From the NCBI GenBank assembly GCA_951406725.2, contig OX597837.1:14198001-14262000 (forward strand): a DNA stretch of 64,000 nt, in the 5' to 3' direction. Within the stretch, counting starts at the first letter, position 1; each line of letters begins with the position of its first letter. Of this stretch, positions 1 to 12,873 are shown one piece after another. Made by a program: the position numbers and the translations under genes. A model generated the notes under the pieces. It searched no databases and was not told where the DNA came from. It saw only the letters and a list, made by a program, of their open reading frames with translations. Source of the stretch: Octopus vulgaris (taxonomy: Eukaryota).

Positions 1-336
1 GCATATATACTAACCAGTATTTTCACTGGATTTTAATATCCCTTAATGAGGTTTATAACCTTTATTTGAATACACACACACACACACGATCAGAGAGTTC
101 AGCACTCCCACCTAGCACAAAACGATATCTGTGGGCTAGTTTCTGGGTTATTCCCCTTTTTTACTTTCCCAGTATTTATCGATATAATAAGAAACAAGAT
201 ACGTGACACTCGCAACGTCCTTATTTCCGTATTCTTTTCCCCATCAGCCTGCGCATCATAAACACAGACGAGTGTTTTTTTGAAATGCAGCGTGTATAAT
301 CTAGAGTCAAGCATATATTTCCGTCAGAATAGCTTC

Positions 337-350
337 TCACTTGACAAATA
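337..350 (-). CDS. Possible terminal coding segment (VFVK-stop) of the lectin-like gene
   Basis: Strong polypyrimidine tract tttcccttcctttttttacctctgcaatag ending at 351. A phase-1 join gives GTA TTT GTC AAG TGA. There is no independent support, and the gene may continue beyond the window. Confidence 0.25.
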
Positions 351-918
351 CTATTGCAGAGGTAAAAAAAGGAAGGGAAACACTGGAATGGACTGACCGT
401 GTAACATAAGTAGGACGAAATATAGACGTATATTGCTGTCGTTCTGCCAAGCCTCCAAAACATTAAAAAAAAATGGGTCTCTCGGATCCGTGAGGACACA
501 AGGCTTATCGATCACAACAGCGAATATGTAGAGCATATGACTGAAGCGAGTGGTAGAAGTCCAGCCGACAGAGGGAGATGAGGGGGGGGGGGGCAAATAT
601 TTGGAAGAGACTGGGCAACGAAGAATAAGAATTATATATATGTAAACACACACGCACACACGCACACACACACACACATACACACACACACACACACATA
701 CATATATTGGTAGTGTTTTTAAGGTCTCGACACTTCAAGCATGCAGAGAGATAGGTCGTTTTCGCCCTTGGGCCCTTAATATAGTTATATACATATGTAT
801 ATTATTAATTTAATGTATAAATTGCCTATAAATTTTTATATCATGCTGAGTACGTGATAAAAATGATTAATGTGATTTTATCCTTATATTCTATCATGAA
901 TTAATATATATATATATG

Positions 919-964
<46 letters not shown>

Positions 965-1173
965 TGTGCGTGTGTGTGTCTTTGTGTTTGTCCCTCCGCC
1001 ATCGTTTGACAACCGATATTGGTGTGTTAATGTCTCCGAAACATAGCGGTTCGGCAAAAGGGATCGATAGAATAAGTACTAGGTTTACAAAGAATAAGTC
1101 CTGGAGTCGATTTGTTCGACGGAAACGTGTAAAAGAGTAAAAAAGTAAAAGAGTATATATACAGAGGGAGAGA

Positions 1174-1226
<53 letters not shown>

Positions 1227-1290
1227 GAGAGCGGGAGATTGATAGAGGAGTCAAGGAGAAATGCTTTGTTCTACAAGAACGGTTCCTCAC

Positions 1291-1644
1291 CTTGGACACA
1301 ATGGTAAACAACCTGTTGGTAATGAGTTTCTTGGTTTGGTTTCGAACATGTAGACAAACTCTTCACAGCAGCAACTTTCCGATCGCAGGTTCGATACCCA
1401 GAGCAATATATTGTGTAGTTAGAATACTGAGAAGCGTCTAACACGATACAGTCTTGCGGTCCACCCCGGCAACACATGGGTAGGCGTCCGGTCGTTATCA
1501 ACGATCGGTTGTTACAAACAGCATTTGGCTTAATCCCATAATACAAGCGTTTGATGGCGATTTTGTGGTAATATGGACAAGTGATGACTAGTTTGTGATG
1601 GGAACACACTGTTTTATACAGACTCTCCATCTCTGTTTGAACTC
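1291..1644 (-). CDS. Internal coding exon (354 nt, phase 1-1) encoding a Cys-rich SUEL / galactose-rhamnose-binding lectin-like domain
   Basis: Minus-strand acceptor ttttcag|GA at 1644 and donor CAAG|gtgag at 1291/1290. The open frame reads (G)VQTEMESLYKTVCSHHKLVITCPYYHKIAIKRLYYG...CSGYRTC...YQQVVYHCVQ. Its C..L.I.CP..I.I..YG..C..C.G..C..Y..V.Y.C pattern resembles SUEL lectin domains (family assigned by motif recognition). Confidence 0.8.
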
Positions 1645-1746
1645 CTGAAAAGACATTAAAAAAAAGATTTAGCGGATTTTATAAAATCTAACGAACATGG
1701 TTACGGTATAAGCTTTTGGTTAATTTTGTCCAATGAAGAATTGTGA

Positions 1747-2045
1747 AGGCAAGCGGCTTAGTGGTCAGGGCTTTCGGATCACGATTGTAAAGTCATGCGT
1801 TCAATTCCTGGTAGTGCATTGAGTTCTTGAGCAAGACACTTTATTTCATGTTGCTCCAGTCCACTCAGCTGGCAAAAATGAGTTGTACCAGTAATTCAAA
1901 GGGAGCCTGCCTTGTCACACTCTGTGTCACGCTGAATCTCCCTGAGAATTATGTTAAGGGTACACGTGTCACGTTAATTTCACGAGCAGGCAGTTCTGTT
2001 GATCATATCAACTAGAACAGTCATCGTCGTAACCGACGGAGGATC
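1747..2045 (+). mobile_element. tRNA-derived SINE (family B-related), internally deleted
   Basis: tRNA-like head (ggcttagtggtcaggg...gttcaattcc). The 3' body is shared with 2188-2574 and 47399-47720. Confidence 0.75.
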
Positions 2046-2187
2046 AGTTCAATTAAGAATTAGCAGGACGGATAAGAAATTGGACCAATTTTCACAGAAT
2101 GTTGATATAATAATTAGGAACGAAACAGGTCTCTTCCACCGCAAGATTCAGTGCTTGTTGTAGTGTGGTAAGTTGTATTCTTCAATG

Positions 2188-2574
2188 GTGGAGGCGCAAT
2201 GGCCTAGTGGTTAGGGCAGCGGACTCGCGGTCGTAGGATCGCGGTTTCGATTTCCAGACCGGGCGTTGTGAGTGTTTATTGAGCGAAAACACCTAAAGCT
2301 CCACGAGGCTCCGGCAGGGGATGGTGGTGATCCCTGCTGTACTCTTTCACCACAACTTTCTCTCACTCTTACTTCCTGTTTCTGTTGTACCTGTATTTCA
2401 AGGGGCCAGCCATGTCACTCTCTGTGTCACGCTGAATATCCCCGAGAACTACGTTAAGGGTACACGTGTCTGTGGAGTGCTCAGCCACTTACACGTTAAT
2501 TTCACGAGCAGGCTGTTCCGTTGATCGGATCAACTGGAGCCCTCATCGTCGGAACCGACGGAGTGCTTCCATCC
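2188..2574 (+). mobile_element. tRNA-derived SINE (family B), full length with target-site duplication (TSD)
   Basis: A box tggcctagtggtta and B-box-like gtttcgatttcc. An 11-bp direct repeat attcttcaatg lies at 2177-2187 and 2575-2585. Confidence 0.88.
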
Positions 2575-3129
2575 ATTCTTCAATGACTCGATAAAATAAG
2601 TACCAGTTGAGCACTGGGGTCAATGTCATCGACTTACACCCCACCCCTCGAATTTCTGGCCTTGTGTCAAAAATCTGAAACTAATATATGCTCATTCTCA
2701 AATATTCAAGAAACATAGACATGGATAAAACTCTTTTTTTTTTTTCATTTAGGCTGGTAGAGCGTTTCTTGTCCAGATCTTTTTTGAGGTGTGTTTGCCC
2801 TACAATTCTGGAGCCAAGCAACAAGTCATTGGAAATTGAATTCTTCTGAAAGGATTCCCCTACTGACCTGCAGGATGTTGTTCTCTTCGCTTTTAAGCAT
2901 CTGGTTCATGCATTTATTTTTTGCTGCTGTCGTTTGGCAATTGTCGTCTTAGTAATACGACACTCAAACAGTAATAAGACACCAGAAGGCACTCAAAGCT
3001 TTGCCTGCACTTGTCTTTGACACTCAAAGTTTGTCTGTTTTTGTCTTAAGTTTTTGCCATTAGTAAGTAGATGCATTACCAGGTGTTCCTTTGCTGTGAC
3101 ATCAGCCGTATACAAGGAGGTATGGCTAC

Positions 3130-3470
3130 GTATGTATATATATATACATATATGAATGCGTGTATGTATGTATGTATGAATGTATGCGTGTATGTATGTA
3201 TGTATGTATGTATGTATGTATGCGTGTATGTATGTATGTATGTATGTGTGTATGTATGTATGTATGTATGTATGTATGTATGAATGTATGTATGTATGCA
3301 TGTATGTATGTATGTATGTATGTATGTATGTATGAATGTATGTATGTATGAATGTATGTATGTATGCATGTATGTATGTATGTATGTATGTATGTATGAA
3401 TGTATGTATGTATGAATGTATGTATGTATGTATGTATGTATGTATGTATGTATGTATGTGTTTACGTATG
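3130..3470. repeat. (TATG)n microsatellite
   Basis: Directly visible tandem tetranucleotide. Confidence 0.95.
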
Positions 3471-3594
3471 TGTGAAGGCGCATAGCTTAGTGGTTAGGGT
3501 GTTTGACTAGCGATCGTAAGGTTGTGAGTTCGATTCCTGCCTTGAAAAAGATTAGCCCAGGTCCTATATGCGAGCTTGTTTTAAACATTACTAA

Positions 3595-4162
3595 ATGCAT
3601 TCCAGAAATTTTGGAACTTTTTAGTGGAGGCAGTTATAACTGTCCAAGATTATTGTAATTTCAGTTTGCCATTAGTGTGAATCTAATAAGCTGACCTGCC
3701 AAATTTTGTTATTTTTTATTAAAGGAGAAAGTTGTATCAGCACTTTTAACACGCCCTACTTAACACTGTTTGTCACAGCTGATTGGTTTGCTGAATGCTT
3801 TTGGGACATGAAGACAATCCGGAAGCTCCCTATGCAATAAAGTTTTGATGTTGTTAAAGTACTGGGCAAAAACGCTACGGAATCTTATGGAATGTTCCAA
3901 ACTGTTTAAGGATTAACTTTTTCGCTAGCAGAAGAGGTTCAAAGTCCGTAGAGAAGGGATGAGATACAATGAAAAATGTAGGGGAGAGAGCGGCGTCAGA
4001 TACTCAGAACTGGGAGAGAAAAGTTGCGGTTTAATGGATGAATCGTGTCGTTTGACTACGATGACCATAAGCATAGACTTAAGAGTTAGCCTGGCAACAG
4101 TAAACAGAATTATTCACGAAGACTCGAAAATGCACGAAACTTGTGCCAAGTTTGTTCCCAGT
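3595..4162 (+). pseudogene. Degenerate 5' fragment of a mariner transposon, cut off by a SINE
   Basis: Broken frames give YAIKF...LGKNATESYGMFQTV and ...TISIDLRVSLATVNRIIHEDSKMHETCAKFVP, matching the mariner HTH region up to the WVP-like motif. The left boundary is approximate. Confidence 0.7.
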
Positions 4163-4324
4163 GGCGTAGGAGTGGCTGTGTGGTAAGTAGCTTGCTTACG
4201 AACCACATGGTTCCGGGTTCAGTCCTACTGCGTGGCACCTTGGGCAAGTGTCTTCTACTATAGCCTCGGGCCAACCAAAGCCTTGTGAGTGGATTTGGTA
4301 GACGGAAACTGAAAGAAGCCTGTC

Positions 4325-4398
<74 letters not shown>

Positions 4399-4615
4399 GC
4401 GTGTTTGTGTGTCTGTGTTTGTCCCCCCAACATCGCTTGACAACCGATGCTGGTGTGTTTACGTTCCCGTAACTTAGCGGTTCAGCAAAAAACAGACTGA
4501 TAAAATAAGTACAAGGCTTACAAAGAATAAGTTCTGGGGTCGATTTGATCGACTAAAGGCGGTGCTCCAGCATGGCCACAGTCACATGATTGAAACAAGT
4601 AAAAGAGTAAAAGAG
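4163..4615 (+). mobile_element. tRNA-derived SINE (family A) with internal (TA)n/(TG)n tract
   Basis: Head ggcgtaggagtggctgtgtggtaag...ggttcagtcc and tail ctccagcatggcc...gtaaaagagtaaaagag. Many near-identical copies occur in the window. Confidence 0.9.
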
Positions 4616-5719
4616 AGAGAGAGAGTGGCGAGCATTCAGGTAACCATTTACTTGAGGGAGGCATTAAAACTTCCTGCAGTCCAGACCTTGCTCCCAGTGA
4701 CTTTTGGGTGTTGCCCCAACCCTAAATTTAATATTGCATATTGACAATAACACTTGTTAATTCTACAGTGTCCTGTCTGCTGGACATGATGTCGATTTGC
4801 GGAAGTAGGACCGAGTCGGTTAAATATAAATATCTGGGTAGCGAGACTTGCTAATGTTAACACCCAAGTCGTCAGGACTTCAGATGGTACGAACACGTGT
4901 CGTCAACTTGGTTAGTAATTAATATTAATATAATTAGTATCTGTACTAATTAAGTAAACAGAGTTGATTAGAAACAAAGAAAATTAATTCATTAATTTTA
5001 ACGTGAAGTCGATTCTGTCTGCAGAAATCTGCAAAAAGAAACTGTGTGGCTGTTAGAATAGTTTGTTATGCTAACGACTAATTAGAATTAATATTAAATA
5101 GGTTATTTATTTTTAGATAAAGCTTTGTAGTTTGCACAGAGAGGCCTTTTGTATGAAGTAACGAGAAAGAAAAAGGAATAAGATAGAATACTCAAAGTTT
5201 GTGCAGTGTGAACTAGAACAGACGACAGCAAACAAAACAGAAACGCTTCCGAATTAAGAAGAGTTGATGATTCAGAAAACTAACTGGTTTTCAACCGTTA
5301 AACAAAGGTTTATATTTCAGTGTTGTGTTTTAGTAATTATTTCATTCAAAATGCGATAGTCATCTCCTTACTTCTTATATTATTTTCACAGTGCCGCATT
5401 CATTCTTCAGATTACTTTAGCTTCCTCCATAATAATAAGCATGGCAGACATTAGCTAATTCTCGTTCTTACGGTTTCCTGTCACAGATCTGAGTCCATTG
5501 AGACAAGAGCGGCTACTTGAGTCGAGGGCAGCGTTTCACGGCATCGTGTTGCACGCTGATTCACACACATCAAACGCACCGAAATCCTGTTAATATCGGT
5601 TGTAACACTTTTTATAAGAAGCGTGTATTGTCACCAAATACACCCGGGGTCAGAGTTCAACCCGGAAAACACTTCGTATCAGGGCTCTTTTAAAAAGACG
5701 CTTACTAAGTGCTTATATA

Positions 5720-6410
5720 TGCACATACATACATACATACATATATGCATACATGCATGCATGCATACATAATACAAACATACATTCATTCATACATACA
5801 TACGTACATACATACATATATGCATACATACATACATACATACATACATACGTACATACATACATACATATATGCATACATGCATACATACATACGTGCA
5901 TACATACATACATACATTCATACATACATACATACATACATACATACATACGTACATACATACATACGTACATACATACATACGTACATACATACATACA
6001 TACACACATATACATACATGCATACATGCATACAGACATACATTCATACATACATACATACATATATGCATACATACATACATACATACACACACATACA
6101 TACATGCATACATACATACATACATACACACACATACATACATGCATACATACATACATACATACATTCATTCATACATACATACATACATACATACATA
6201 CATTCATACATACATACATACATACATACATACATACATACATACGTGCATACATACATACATTCATTCATACATATATACATACATTCACACACATACA
6301 TACATACACGTACATACATATACTTACATACATACACTCACACACATACATAGATAGACACATACATACATACACATATATATACATATTTATTTACATA
6401 TATGCATGTT
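5720..6410. repeat. (ACAT)n microsatellite
   Basis: Directly visible. Confidence 0.95.
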
Positions 6411-6460
6411 TGTAGATGTATATGTGGGTGTGTGTGACAGTGTGTGTTTATGTGTGTGTG

Positions 6461-6492
<32 letters not shown>

Positions 6493-6547
6493 AGAAACAC
6501 ACACACACACACATGAATACATACAAACATAGCTACATACATACACG

Positions 6548-7085
6548 GTGGTGGTTGTCTACTCCTTATGCAGAGTTTGACCACCTCCTGTACCTACACC
6601 TTAGAACCATCATGGCATCTAATGTGGCTTTTAAAACCAATGTTCTGAACAGACACCCAATAGATTGCACATCCGATTTGGACCACCAAGAGAAGCAGAT
6701 AAGTTCTGCTCTTTGTGGATCTTAAAATGCCTTTTGAGGCCTCCATTAGATTTGCAAACCTTCTGGTATATATTGCATTGAAAGGTGTGTACAGACATAT
6801 AAGCAGAATAGTTGGCGGAGGTTCGTTTTTCCATGGGTTCGCAAATGAAATTTGAGCCTAGCAAATTGTAAAGTTTCCCTTGTAGTTTGCCTTGTAGCTG
6901 TCCATTATGCTTCTTACAGCCTTTACAGTGTTCACAGAGCATTGAGCAGCAATCATAATGTCGACATATCGATACTAGGCGCGAATCATCGTGATACGAG
7001 TAACTCTTTTCCAATAATCTGATGGCTTCCAATAATCCATGTCAGCTAACTTTTTCTCAACTTTAATCTTTACCATCTCAAACAT
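6548..7085 (-). pseudogene. Degenerate 3' end of a LINE (probably RTE-type) with C2H2 zinc-finger remnants
   Basis: FQCNIYQKVCKSNGGLKRHFKIH is followed by a second broken finger (..FKSHIRCH). Frameshifts are present and no splice signals were found. The clade assignment is inference. Confidence 0.5.
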
Positions 7086-7959
7086 CGTTAGACTTTGAAC
7101 AAAACATCAGAGTGTCCCTGGAAAATGGAGACATACAAATCGTCAAATTTACTTCGAACTCCCTGTATATGCCACTACGTATGGTTGTATTTCTATTCGA
7201 GAGTGGGTTCTCGTGTGATTTGTGTATCACCATATTTGTATTTAAGCATACGTGTTCATGAATATATTTGGATCACACTAAATTAAAAGGAATCACAATA
7301 ACATTTTTTTAAAATTCCAAAATTCTCTTCAAAATATAAAGATATTCCTGAAAATCCACCTTCGCACATAAAACAACCATAAACCTTTCAGTTGAAATAC
7401 ATAGCAACACAATCAAATCTATTATATATAACAATATAAGTATATTTATATCCTTAGTCATTGTCCACTCTCACAAATGAAACTAATTCAGTGTAAATAA
7501 ATTGCTTAGTTTTCCCATTGTAAAGATATTTCTGCAGCCAAAATATATTTGCGAAGTAGTTTTTGTTTGATAGGCACTTGTTTTGACATATTTGTGTATT
7601 TACAGTTTTTTGACGTATTTGTGTATTTACAGTTTCAGCGAATGGGTCACCATTGGAACTCAAAGATTCTTTGATAACATAATTTTCATTTACTATTCAA
7701 GAAAAACATTTTTTTAGGGCATTGAACTATGTAACACAGACCCAACTTTACCAAATTCGTATTTAAGAACGGAGGTGATTTTTTTTCTTTTTTGAGACGT
7801 CTTTTTGGAAGAACAAGTGTGTCTTTTATACCATCATATACAGTGTATACTTTTTATACATCAATATGAATTCGTATCTGGAATCTACAATTGCCGCTAA
7901 ATTATTTTGAAAAGATTCCGAGTAAACTCAATTTAAATTTTAGTTAAAAATGGGGCCAC

Positions 7960-8125
7960 AATCAATTGGTAGAAAAACCTTTGCATGGCTCTTATTAAAA
8001 AAAAAAGAAGAAGACGAACAAGGTGGACATAGACAAGAAAGCTTCTCATTACTGGCTGAGAAGCGCAGGACCGAAAGGTGAGACTGACAGAGTCATGTTT
8101 GCAGTACAGGATCAAACCTACTCCT
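7960..8125 (+). pseudogene. Fragment of an R4/Dong-like non-LTR retrotransposon ORF
   Basis: EKPLHG...DIDKKASHYWLRSAGPKGETDRVMFAVQDQ resembles the conserved post-RT motif S..WL....LK.ETEG.I.AAQDQ. Confidence 0.65.
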
Positions 8126-8244
8126 CTCCACCAGAATCCTCTCAAAATATATTTCATTGGTTTGGGTTGCCTATGTTCAGTCTACTGCAGAACTTGGGCC
8201 TCGGCATGTTCTCCCCACCAGTCACACAGACTGGCTTTAAATTT

Positions 8245-8450
8245 TTGAACAAGGTCAGCAGTTTTGGGGCACGAGGTAAGTCGATTACATTGACCCCAGT
8301 ACTCAACTGGTACCTTATTGACCCCGAAAGAGATGAAAGGCAAAGTCAACCTCAGCGGAATTTGAACTCGGAACGTAGGGACGGACGAAATGCCGCAAAG
8401 CGCAAAGCCTTTTGCCCAGCCTGCTAACGATTCTGCCAGCTCACCGCTTT
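8245..8450 (-). mobile_element. SINE family C copy
   Basis: Reverse complement of ggcgagctggcagaatcgttagc...gagttcaaattcc...ctttgcctttcatc. Confidence 0.8.
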
Positions 8451-8625
8451 ATTACGTAACGTCATATAAAAACAAATTACATCTCATAATGTGAAATTAT
8501 TAAGCGAAATATTGGAATACATTAACTGTGGCAAAGACATTTATTCCATGTGGTAAAGAGACTTATTATGTGCGAAATGGGAAAATATTGAGTGGTGCGG
8601 GAACTTAAGTAATCGAAGAACTTAC

Positions 8626-8701
8626 CATTTGTGAAGACGACGAAAAGAATTGCAATAAATGGTGGAATTACTTTTGGAATGTGATATTGTTTTCTGGCCA
8701 T
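8626..8701 (-). CDS. First coding exon (signal peptide) of the same secreted lectin-like gene; whole exon 8626-8743
   Basis: Acceptor ttttctttcag at 8744, start context aaacATGG at 8701, peptide MARKQYHIPKVIPPFIAILFVVFTN plus G|gtaagt donor (phase 1). It joins the 1291-1644 exon in frame to give ...FVVFTN-G-VQT-EMES, a plausible signal peptide and cleavage site. Confidence 0.72.
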
Positions 8702-9380
8702 GTTTAAGGAAGTTTTTCACAAGCAACGCTGATAACATTCTTTCTGAAAGAAAAGCAAAGGTTGAATTCAAAAAACATATTTTTGTTTTAATATTTCCCA
8801 TGTCTATATACATGTATACAGTGGAGTCTCTTTATACGAACACAGTCAACTTCAGAGACTTGTTCGTTCACCAAATCGTTCGTTATACGAGTATTCTTTT
8901 ATTCTTTTACTTGTTTCAGTCATTTGACGGCGGCCATGTTTTTAGTCGAACAAATCGACCCCTGGACTTATTCTTTGTAAGCCTGGTACTTATTCTATCG
9001 ATCTCTTTTGCCGAACCGCTAATTCACGGGGACAATAACACACCCAACATTGGTTGTCAAGCGATGATGGGGTGGGGAGGAACAAGCACAGACTCACAAA
9101 TACATACACACACACACTCACACACACATATATATATATGTATGTATGTATGTATGTGTGTTTGTATACACACATACACACACAAATATATATACATATA
9201 CATATATATATATCTTGTCTACGTGACACAGGCTGATACTGAGAGGGAGAGAGAGAAGGTGGGAGCGGAGATTTGGCTCTTATTTGCCTAATTCTAAAGA
9301 GAACTTGCGAAGATATCTTTTATTTCTTAGCTACATTAAAAAAAAAAAGATTCTGCTCATCTAGTTCTATTCTCGTCATC

Positions 9381-9494
<114 letters not shown>

Positions 9495-10057
9495 TGTATA
9501 TATGTATGTTTATATATAACGGGCTTTCGTGCAGTTTCTGTCCACCAAATTCACAGACAGGGTATTGGGAGTATTGGTTGACCCGGGGCTATAGTAAAAG
9601 ACATTTGGCCAAGTTACCGCATTGTGCGACTGAACCCAAACCATGTGCTTGCGAAACGAACTCCTTAACTACACACCACGAATTTCTTTCTACCCACACA
9701 ACGGTATCTCTTCTTGTTGATAGTCTAAATCAACACACATTTTGTTTATTTAAATGCCTCATTGTTTTTCCTCCTCTTCCTCTTACGCCTTCTCAATTTC
9801 CTCCTCCTCCTGTGAGATCTTGGAATTTGGAATTCTTAACAGGAGTCTCTATATTTGTGCGACAACCCACAGCTGATCAGAGTGTGTTTACGTAATTTTG
9901 AACCCTGACCTAAAGTCTTGTTGGTGATGCGCCACGTTACCAATTTTGCGGAGTTGAGACGGGGGTCACCAAGTTCGTTTCTAAATACGTATGTCTGATT
10001 GTCTGCATGTATGTATGTATGTATTTATGTATGGATATATGTATAAATAAATCTATC

Positions 10058-10141
<84 letters not shown>

Positions 10142-10145
<4 letters not shown>

Positions 10146-10272
10146 ACGAAAAAACAAAAGACGAAGACAGGTGGTGTACAAAACAAACAGATGTATTAGT
10201 ATAACGCTCGGGAAGTGAAAAAGTCTTTAACGTTTCGAGCCTACGCTCTTCTACAGAAAAGAACGCGGAAAG

Positions 10273-10280
<8 letters not shown>
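10142..10280 (-). mobile_element. Microsatellite-embedded remnant with a hammerhead-like motif (atypical core)
   Basis: Minus strand 10260-10225 reads TTTT CTGTAGA A GAGC-GTAG-GCTC GAAA CG TT AAAG. It lies between (AG)n and (AC)n tracts. Confidence 0.45.
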
Positions 10281-10338
<58 letters not shown>

Positions 10339-10346
10339 ACACATAC

Positions 10347-10377
<31 letters not shown>

Positions 10378-11118
10378 TGCCAACCCACCCAGCCACAAAC
10401 CAACACCAAGTGACCAACACACCATCTTAAGCTTAGTTCTACTCAGGTTGTTATCTTACTTCATAACAGGTATCACTGAACCATCCTATGGCGATATCAC
10501 CCACTCTCGCACGCACACACACACACACACACGCACATACACACACACACACGCACATACACACACACACACACACGCAAATGCAGCTATCGATGGTAGT
10601 GTAATCTAACACGGCTATTAAACAATTATCAGCGGTTAATTATCTGTAATTATTTCTTTACTGTGTTAACATTCTAAATCACCACGAACTATCAGTTTTC
10701 ATTTCTAGATCTCTATCATTTTGTGTGGATAGGTGGGTGTTATGGGGTGCGTTGGTGGGCTGTGATGGCCATCAAGGGACCTTATTATATAATCAGTGAA
10801 GTAAATGGCTTCGACGATGGTTCGAAACCTCAGCATCCTCGATCCAACAAGATAGTATCTATGTATAAACGCGTGATAGCACCCACACGCGGAGATGTTA
10901 TGAGATGATATGCAATATCCGACATCCTGTTCAAAAAAGCTTATCTATAATCATCTTTTTATTATTATTATTATTATTTTCCTGGGCTCTAAGATGCCCG
11001 ACTTCCGTGACGTATAAATGTCCTATTTTCTCTCTAATTTTATCTTCTTGTACTGCTAATGTACTCTTTTATTTATATGTATGTGTGCATATATGTACGT
11101 ATATAAGTATATATATGC

Positions 11119-11269
<151 letters not shown>

Positions 11270-11521
11270 TTAAAATAACTAAGTCTCTCTAAAAGAGAAC
11301 AGCGGCAGGTCCCGGAAAATAATAGTTATCGCCATACTAATATGGCATTCTTATAAAAATAAGAAAAAAGCTGTCCGCTTATTAGCTCCATGAGGCCATC
11401 GCCTTAAGTTAGCTATTTTAATATTTCTATTATTGAAAACAAGTGGATGTATTCCACCGAAACTAGGTAAATAAAACCATCGAACAGAGATTGTCGGAAG
11501 CGACACCTACTGGCTGGCTAC

Positions 11522-11563
11522 GCTGCATTGAAAAGGGGCAATACCCCGAAACGCGTCTGTAGC
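11522..11563 (+). ncRNA. Minimal type I hammerhead ribozyme, U3-A8 core variant (copy 1)
   Basis: Stem I GCTGCA/TGTAGC; core TTGAAAA; stem II GGGG-CAATA-CCCC; GAAA; self-complementary stem III ACGCGT; GUC site with predicted cleavage after 11557. Confidence 0.75.
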
Positions 11564-11883
11564 TGCCGGTCAAGTAGTGTGGAGCGACTGACCTCCCTTG
11601 TTCGAAGGTTATATGGATACAGTTTGTGTATCAAATAGCTAACTTAAGGCGATGGCCTCATGGAGCTAATAAGCGGACAGCTTTTTTCTTATTTTTATAA
11701 GAATGCCATATTAGTATGGCGATAACTATTATTTTCCGGGAACGCTGCCGCTGTTCTCTTTTAGAGAGACTTAGTTATTTTAATATTTCTATTATTGAAA
11801 ACAAGTGGATGTATTCCACCGAAACTAGGTAAATAAAACCATCGAACAGAGATTGTCGGAAGCGACACCTACTGGCTGGCTAC

Positions 11884-11925
11884 GCTGCATTGAAAAGGGG
11901 CAATACCCCGAAACGCGTCTGTAGC
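11884..11925 (+). ncRNA. Minimal type I hammerhead ribozyme, U3-A8 core variant (copy 2)
   Basis: Identical to copy 1 and 362 bp downstream; predicted cleavage after 11919. Confidence 0.75.
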
Positions 11926-12116
11926 TGCCGGTCAAGTAGTGTGGAGCGACTGACCTCCCTTGTTCGAAGGTTATATGGATACAGTTTGTGTATCAAATAG
12001 CTAACTTAAGGCGATGGCCTCATGGAGCTAATAAGCGGACATATATATATATATATATATATTTTTTCTTATTTTTATAAGAATGCCATATTAGTATGGC
12101 GATAACTATTACTGTG

Positions 12117-12162
<46 letters not shown>

Positions 12163-12824
12163 TATATATATATATATATAATTATATATACACGCACATA
12201 CACACACACATATCTATGACCTCAAGCCGAGGCCATAGTAGAAGACACTTGCCCGAGGTACCACGCAGTGGGACTGAACTCCGAACCATGTGGCTGGAAA
12301 GCAAGCTTCCTATCACACTGCCACGCCTACTCCTGAAAAACTTTTCCTAGGGGTGCACTGCTGAAATTTTGGGGTGTATTTTAATATGGCCGTGAGTCTT
12401 TTATACCATCGAATACAGTAAATGAAGAAATGTTGCAGATGTCGATAAGTAATCGGACCTTTTATTTGAAGATGTTTGTTCTAACAAACTTACACAGTTT
12501 GTTTTAGAGGCGAAACATCTGAGGAAAAACAGGGTCGAAAGCTTATAACAAACTATATATAATTCCTTCTCATCATCCCGAGATAAGGCACATGAAAACT
12601 TCCTTATCGCAGTTTACTTAGCTGGAGAATAGGAGCCCCGTCCTCCTCGTCAGCGACTATCACCGTTTTTAACACCAAAAACCACCTTTAATAACAATAC
12701 CGCCGACCCCCCCCCCCCCATCGTTATCAGCATCATCATCATCATCACCATTAACAACATCGCCATTTCCAATACTAGCACCAACACATTTAACACCAAT
12801 ATATATATATAAACATATGCATAC

Positions 12825-12873
<49 letters not shown>

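Noticed and set aside
2188-2262. tRNA gene
   Set aside because: The tRNA-like head continues into a multi-copy SINE body with a TSD, and the acceptor stem does not close.
6700-6790. Host C2H2 zinc-finger gene exon
   Set aside because: The second Cys is lost, the neighbouring finger is frameshifted and no splice sites were found; a LINE 3' remnant fits better.
12513-12550. CTGAGGA...GAAAGCTT hammerhead candidate
   Set aside because: There is no stem II or stem I pairing.
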